A DNA stretch of 64,000 nt from Thermoanaerobaculia bacterium (GTDB lineage Bacteria > Acidobacteriota > Thermoanaerobaculia > UBA5066): the NCBI GenBank assembly GCA_963816185.1, contig CAWFJJ010000005.1, forward strand, positions 128,001 through 192,000. The letters are read 5' to 3'. The notes under the pieces are model-generated. The model saw only the letters and a list, made by a program, of their open reading frames with translations. It had not been told where the DNA came from and did not search any database. This document shows, in pieces, positions 59,155 to 64,000 of this stretch. A program made the position numbers and the translations under genes. Position 1 is the stretch's first letter. Each line of letters opens with the position of its first letter.

Positions 59155-59939
59155 GCACAGAGACCTGCACGGTGTCCGAGGCGGTCCACGAGCAGCGGCA
59201 TCTCGCCGAGGGCGAGCAGTTTCGTTTTGGCTGCAACCCGAGCGTCGCCTGCTTCAACCGCTGCTGCGCCGACGTGAACATCCTTCTCACCCCGGTCGAC
59301 GTCCTGAGGCTGGCGCGCCGGCTTCACCTCACGACCCGCGAGTTCCTCGACCGGCATACCCTCACGCCGATCACGAAAGAGCTTCACCTTCCCGTCGTCA
59401 TCATGCGGATGCGGGAGGAGGCCGAGAAGCGCTGCGAATTCGTCGGGGAGAACGGCTGCACCGTGTACGAGGACCGCCCCTGGGCGTGTCGCATGTACCC
59501 GCTCGGGATGGCATTGCCGCCGGCGCGGGCCGGGGTCGAGCCGACGCCGGTCTCGTTTCTCTTCGAAGACGACTTCTGCCTCGGCCGCGAGCAAGCCCAG
59601 ATCTGGACGGCGGCCACCTGGCGAAAGGACCAGCGGGCGGAGGAGCAGGAGGAGGTCGAGGCGGGTTTTCGGGACCTGGTCTCACACCCCTGGTTCATCG
59701 GCGGAAGGCAGCTCGACCCGAAGCGGATGGAGATGTTCTTCCTCGCATGCTACGACCTCGACACGTTCCGTCGCCTCGTGCTCGGCTCGAGCTTCCGCGA
59801 TCGCTTCGTGCTCGAGCCTGATCTCGTCGAGCGCCTCAAGAGCGACGACCTCGAGCTTCTGCGGTTCGCCTTCCGCTGGCTCCGTTTCGCCCTCTTCGCG
59901 GAGCCTACGATGACGGTGCGGGAGAAAGGCAAGTCATGA
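59151..59939 (+). CDS. YkgJ/CxxCxxCC family cysteine-cluster protein
   Basis: F.C.P.V.CFN.CC, C.FV..GC.VY.DRP.ACR.YP; ATG 59151 overlaps the upstream stop. Confidence 0.85.
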   Translation: MSTETCTVSEAVHEQRHLAEGEQFRFGCNPSVACFNRCCADVNILLTPVDVLRLARRLHLTTREFLDRHTLTPITKELHLPVVIMRMREEAEKRCEFVGENGCTVYEDRPWACRMYPLGMALPPARAGVEPTPVSFLFEDDFCLGREQAQIWTAATWRKDQRAEEQEEVEAGFRDLVSHPWFIGGRQLDPKRMEMFFLACYDLDTFRRLVLGSSFRDRFVLEPDLVERLKSDDLELLRFAFRWLRFALFAEPTMTVREKGKS

Positions 59940-61189
59940 CCGCACGGCATCATCGGCCGCTGCTGGTCGTCGGGGCCGGCATCGCCGGCGTCACCGCCGC
60001 CCTCGAGGCGTCCGAAGCCGGCCGGGACGTCGTCCTGGTGGAGCGGGACGCCGCGGTGGGCGGCCGCGTCCTTCGCAACCACCACTACTTTCCCAAGCTC
60101 TGTCCGCCGTCCTGCGGGATGGAGATCAACACCCGCAGGCTGGAGCGCAATCCCCGCGTGCGGGTCCTGACCGAGTGCGAGGTGACGAAGGCGTCGCCTT
60201 CCGACGGCGGCTGGCGCGTCACGCTGACGCGCGCCCCGGCCTTCATCGCCGATCAGTGCACCGCGTGCGGCGCCTGCAGCGAGGTCTGTCCGGCCCAGGT
60301 GGCGGATCCGTTCAACCTCGGGATGGCGAAGGTGCCGGCGGTGCGCCTGCCGTTTCCAAGCGCCTGGCCTCGTCGTTTCGTCCTCGATCGCGCGGCCTGT
60401 CCTCCGACCTGCCGGGCGTGCGTGGACGCATGCAAGTACGCGGCGATCGACCTCGAAGCAAAGGAGCGCGAAGAGACGCTCGACGTGGGCGGGGTCGTCA
60501 TCGCCACGGGCTGGAGCCCCTATCCGTTGGAGAAGCTTCCCGAGCTGGGCGGAGGGGTGTTTCCGGACGTGATCTCGAACGTGCAGATGGAGCGGCTCGC
60601 GGCCCACTCGGGTCCGACGCAAGGCCGGATCGTGCGCCCCTCCGACGGGCAGTCGCCCAAGCGCGTGGCGTTCGTCCAGTGCGCCGGCTCGCGGGACGTC
60701 CATCACCTGCCGTATTGCTCCGCCGTCTGCTGTCTGGCCTCCCTCAAGCAGGCCTTGTACGTCCGCGAGGAGCTCCCCGCGACCGAAGTGGACATCTATT
60801 ACATCGACCGCCGTACCCCCGGTCGCAACGAGGAGATGCTCCGCCGGGTCGCGGCGACGAAAGGCGTGAACCTGATCAAGGGAAAGGTGGGCAAGGTGGA
60901 GCGCGGCGAAGGCGGGGTCCTCCGCCTGCGGGTGGAGGACGTCGCGAACGGCCGCCTTCTTTCTGCCGAGGCCGAGCTGGTCGTGCTCGCGACCGGCATG
61001 GTACCCGGCCTCGCCGGCGACTCTCTCCCGTTCCCCGTGTCCCGGGACGAGGACGGCTTCGGCCTCGACAGCCCGGAGTCGGGGCTGACCGTGGCCGGAG
61101 TGGCCCGGCGACCCGAGGACGTCGCGGCGTCCGTGCGGGACGCCACCGGGGCGGCGGCGAAGGCCCTCGTGGCGGGAAGGTGGGCGTGA
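59936..61189 (+). CDS. qmoA: QmoA (HdrA-like flavoprotein)
   Basis: VVGAGIAG, YFPKLCPPSCG.EIN, CTACGAC..VCP, FVQCAGSRD..HLPYCSAVCC.ASLKQ. Confidence 0.95.
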   Translation: MTARHHRPLLVVGAGIAGVTAALEASEAGRDVVLVERDAAVGGRVLRNHHYFPKLCPPSCGMEINTRRLERNPRVRVLTECEVTKASPSDGGWRVTLTRAPAFIADQCTACGACSEVCPAQVADPFNLGMAKVPAVRLPFPSAWPRRFVLDRAACPPTCRACVDACKYAAIDLEAKEREETLDVGGVVIATGWSPYPLEKLPELGGGVFPDVISNVQMERLAAHSGPTQGRIVRPSDGQSPKRVAFVQCAGSRDVHHLPYCSAVCCLASLKQALYVREELPATEVDIYYIDRRTPGRNEEMLRRVAATKGVNLIKGKVGKVERGEGGVLRLRVEDVANGRLLSAEAELVVLATGMVPGLAGDSLPFPVSRDEDGFGLDSPESGLTVAGVARRPEDVAASVRDATGAAAKALVAGRWA

Positions 61190-63435
61190 TGCAGCATCCC
61201 GGCGTCTTCCTGTGCAGCGGATGCGGCATCGGCGAGGCGATCAACGTCGAGGGGCTGGCAGCCGTGGCCGGCGAGCTCGGAACGGTACCGTGCACGGTCC
61301 ACCCGAGTCTCTGCTCACCCGAATCCGTGGCCGCGATGCGCGCCTCCGTGGCCGCTGGCGAGCTGGACGGTCTCCTCGTGGCGGCTTGCTCGCCGCGGGC
61401 GAAGGTTCCCGAGTTCCGTTTCGATCCCGCGCAAGCGGTTGTGGAGCGCGTGTCTCTCCGCGAGCAGGTCGCGTGGTCGCATCCCGCGGGCGCGGAGGAC
61501 ACCCAGGCGCTGGCCGAGGATCTCCTCCGCATGGGCTACGCCCGACTTGCCAAAATGTCCCCGCCCAAGCCCGTCGCCGAGACGATCGAACGCACCATTC
61601 TGGTCGTCGGCGGGGGTCGGGCCGGCCTCGAGGCCGCGAAGGCGGCCGCGGGAGCGGGTCATCCGGTGGTTCTGGTCGAGTCGCGAGACCGTTTGGGAGG
61701 CCATCTGGCAGACGTGGGAGAGGTGGTGCCGGAACGCCCGCCCTATGACGGCCCGCAGGCAAATCACATCGCCTCTCTGGTGGGCGAGGTGGCGGCGCAT
61801 CCCGCCGTGAGGGTCTTTCCGTCGACCAAGATCCGCGTGATCTCCGGACAGCCGGGACAATTCAAGGTGGAGCTTCAGACGCCGGGTGGAGTGGAGACCT
61901 TTACCGCCGGGGCCATCGTGCAAGCGACCGGGGCCCGGCCCTACGACGCCAAGAAGCTCTCTCACCTCGGCTACGGCGCCTCGCCGAACGTGGTCACGTC
62001 CCACGAGCTGGACGCGATGCTCAAGGAGAAGAAGCTCGCCCGGCCTTCCGACGGGAAGTTGCCGCAGCGGATCGTATTCATCCAGTGCGCCGGATCGCGC
62101 GATCCCGCGCACCTGCCCTACTGCTCCACCGACTGCTGCGGGACCACGCTGAAGCAGGTGGCGGTCATCGGCCGCGACTTTCCCCAGGTGGAAAGCGCCG
62201 TGATCTACCGGGACATGCGGACCCCGGGCCAGCTCGAGCGTTTTTACCAGGCCGTGCAGTCTCAGCCGGGCCGCTTGTTCGCGCGCGGCGAGGTCGAGCG
62301 CGTGGAGGGAAACGGCAAGCTCACCGTCCACATGCGCGAGAGCCTGCTCGGCGACGTCTGCAACCTGGAGGCCGACCTGGTCGTGCTGGCGGTGGGCATG
62401 GTGCCGAACGCCGCCGACGGCGAAGGGATCCGAACGCTCCACGATGCGCAACGGCGTGCCGAAAAAGGCGAGTCGGAGACGCAACGCGAGGAGGCACGAA
62501 AGATCGTGGCCGAGTTCAGCTCCCACGAGGGAACAGAGATCCTGAACCTCGCGTATCGCCAGGGACCCGACCTCCCCGTACTGGCCAATTCGTTCCAGGA
62601 TTCTCACTTCATCTGCTTCCCGTACGAGACCCGGCGGACCGGCATCTACGCGGCCGGTACGCTGCGTGCCCCGATGGACGCCGCCCAGGCGGCCGAGGAC
62701 GGCTGGGGCGCGGCGATGAAGGCGATCCAGTGCATCGCCGCAGCAGAGCGCGGCGAGGCCGTGCATCCGCGGTCCGGTGACGTCTCGATTCCGGATTTCT
62801 TTCTCCAGCGCTGCACGCAATGCAAGCGCTGCACCGAGGAGTGTCCCTTCGGGACCCTCAACGAGGACGAGAAGGGCACCCCGCAGCTCAATCCGCTGCG
62901 CTGCCGCCGCTGCGGAATCTGCATGGGCGCCTGTCCGGAGCGCATCATCTCCTTCCCCGACTACTCGGTGGACGCGGTCGCCGGCATGATCAAGGCGATG
63001 AGCGTGCCCGAGGAGTCCGAGGAGAAGCCTCGCATCCTCGCCCTGCTGTGCGAGAACGACGCACTCCCCGCCCTCGACGCGGCCGCCGCCCTGCGCCGTT
63101 CCTGGAATCCGTGGGTCCGGATCATTCCGATCCGCTGCCTCGGATCCACGAACATCGTGTGGATCGCGGAAACGCTCTCCCGAGGCATCGACGGCATCAT
63201 CCTCATCGGCTGCAAGTCCGGTGACGATTACCAATGCCACTACGTGCGCGGTTCCCAGCTCGCGCAGACGCGGCTTGGCAACGTCCAGGAGACGCTCAAT
63301 CGCCTCGCCCTCGAGCCGGAGCGGATCCAGGTGGTCGAGCTGGCCCATGACGAGTTCGACCGCATCCCGCAGGTGCTGGACGCGTTCGCCGCCACGCTCG
63401 ACAAGCTCGGTCCCAACCCCCTGAAGGGATTCTGA
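61189..63435 (+). CDS. qmoB: QmoB (HdrA-like + MvhD domain)
   Basis: Start ATG 61189 (TGATG overlap); FLCSGCGIG, FICFPYETRRTGIYAAG, CTQCKRCTEECPFG, CRRCGICMGACPER, MvhD-type CENDA..RCLG..GC..GDDYQCHY. Confidence 0.95.
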   Translation: MQHPGVFLCSGCGIGEAINVEGLAAVAGELGTVPCTVHPSLCSPESVAAMRASVAAGELDGLLVAACSPRAKVPEFRFDPAQAVVERVSLREQVAWSHPAGAEDTQALAEDLLRMGYARLAKMSPPKPVAETIERTILVVGGGRAGLEAAKAAAGAGHPVVLVESRDRLGGHLADVGEVVPERPPYDGPQANHIASLVGEVAAHPAVRVFPSTKIRVISGQPGQFKVELQTPGGVETFTAGAIVQATGARPYDAKKLSHLGYGASPNVVTSHELDAMLKEKKLARPSDGKLPQRIVFIQCAGSRDPAHLPYCSTDCCGTTLKQVAVIGRDFPQVESAVIYRDMRTPGQLERFYQAVQSQPGRLFARGEVERVEGNGKLTVHMRESLLGDVCNLEADLVVLAVGMVPNAADGEGIRTLHDAQRRAEKGESETQREEARKIVAEFSSHEGTEILNLAYRQGPDLPVLANSFQDSHFICFPYETRRTGIYAAGTLRAPMDAAQAAEDGWGAAMKAIQCIAAAERGEAVHPRSGDVSIPDFFLQRCTQCKRCTEECPFGTLNEDEKGTPQLNPLRCRRCGICMGACPERIISFPDYSVDAVAGMIKAMSVPEESEEKPRILALLCENDALPALDAAAALRRSWNPWVRIIPIRCLGSTNIVWIAETLSRGIDGIILIGCKSGDDYQCHYVRGSQLAQTRLGNVQETLNRLALEPERIQVVELAHDEFDRIPQVLDAFAATLDKLGPNPLKGF

Positions 63436-63447
63436 GGGAGGCGCGCG

Positions 63448-64000
63448 ATGTCAACCTCGGCGGCGATTCTCCCCTCGGCCGACTTTCGACGAGACCTCGA
63501 GCGTCGAGGCGGAGCGACCGTCTCCCGCTGCTTCCAATGCGCCACGTGCTCCGCCGTGTGCGACCTCACCACGAACGGGGCGCCCTTCCCGCGCCGCCAG
63601 ATGCTCTTCGCCCAATGGGGGCTGAGCGAGCGAGTGATGGGAGATCCCGGGCTTTGGCTCTGCCACCAGTGCAACGACTGCACCCAACGATGTCCGCGCG
63701 ACGCCCGACCCGGCGACGTCCTCCAGGCGGTGCGGGCGCAGGCGGTGGAGAAGCTTGCATTCCCCGCGGCGCTCGGCCGGCTCGTCGGACGCGCGGCCAC
63801 CACGTGGCCGCTCCTGTTCGCCCTCCCGATCCTCTTCTGGGTCGCGCTCCTGGCCGGCACCGGTCACCTGAACGTGCCCGCCGACTTCCGCGCTTACGAG
63901 CAGGTCGTCCCGCACGCGCTGATCTACGGCGTGTTCTTCCCGGTCGCCGGATGGGTCGTTCTGGCGAGCTGGGTGAGCGGGCGAAGGCTCTGGGCTGCCC
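63448..64000 (+). CDS. qmoC: QmoC (HdrC-like Fe-S + membrane domain), truncated by the window end
   Basis: Not in the ORF track. From ATG 63448: MSTSAAILPSADF...RCFQCATCSAVC...FPRRQMLFAQWG...WLCHQCNDCTQRCPRDARPGDV, then hydrophobic helices. Confidence 0.93.
   Translation, partial: MSTSAAILPSADFRRDLERRGGATVSRCFQCATCSAVCDLTTNGAPFPRRQMLFAQWGLSERVMGDPGLWLCHQCNDCTQRCPRDARPGDVLQAVRAQAVEKLAFPAALGRLVGRAATTWPLLFALPILFWVALLAGTGHLNVPADFRAYEQVVPHALIYGVFFPVAGWVVLASWVSGRRLWAA

Noticed and set aside
60175-61188. N-terminal extensions in the ORF track for qmoB (similarly dsrC, dsrT, dsrO, dsrL, dsrD, cysG)
   Set aside because: They overlap upstream genes; internal ATGs with an RBS or stop-start coupling match the family N-termini.
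56390-64000. Absence of sat as evidence of an incomplete pathway
   Set aside because: The operon is cut by the window edge inside qmoC, so sat may lie just outside.

Overview
High-GC bacterial chromosome segment. The gene content suggests Acidobacteriota, possibly Thermoanaerobaculia (inference only). Bases 1-20.6 kb hold housekeeping and accessory genes: a DHODH-like gene, PFOR, an M16 peptidase, tRNA-Glu, ychF, a Ser/Thr kinase, malic enzyme, an ABC-2 transporter, tRNA-Arg, a 14-repeat surface protein flanked by direct repeats, and a TonB C-terminal protein. Bases 20.9-64 kb form one dissimilatory sulfur-metabolism supercluster. On the minus strand it runs dsrM2K2, dsrABD-L-N, HEAT and TPR genes, dsrC-T-MKJOP, a CoA-persulfide-reductase-like flavoprotein, cysG, a PhnD-like binding protein with a histidine kinase and sigma54 activator, a hexaheme cytochrome c fused to a TauE/TSUP transporter, a TIGR02186-like gene and an H+-PPase. 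On the plus strand are aprBA, two Cys-rich genes, qmoABC, and a convergent operon of a TSUP with two PEP-synthase-like dikinases. Most unusual: (1) the hexaheme-TSUP fusion; (2) the TSUP and tandem-dikinase module; (3) a regulatory circuit readable in the DNA, with sigma54 -24/-12 promoters at dsrA and aprB, each overlapped by a Rex-like palindrome and preceded by GTTAC-N6-GTAAC-like sites, plus a split oxyanion sensor inside the operon. All calls come from reading motifs by eye; no searches were run.
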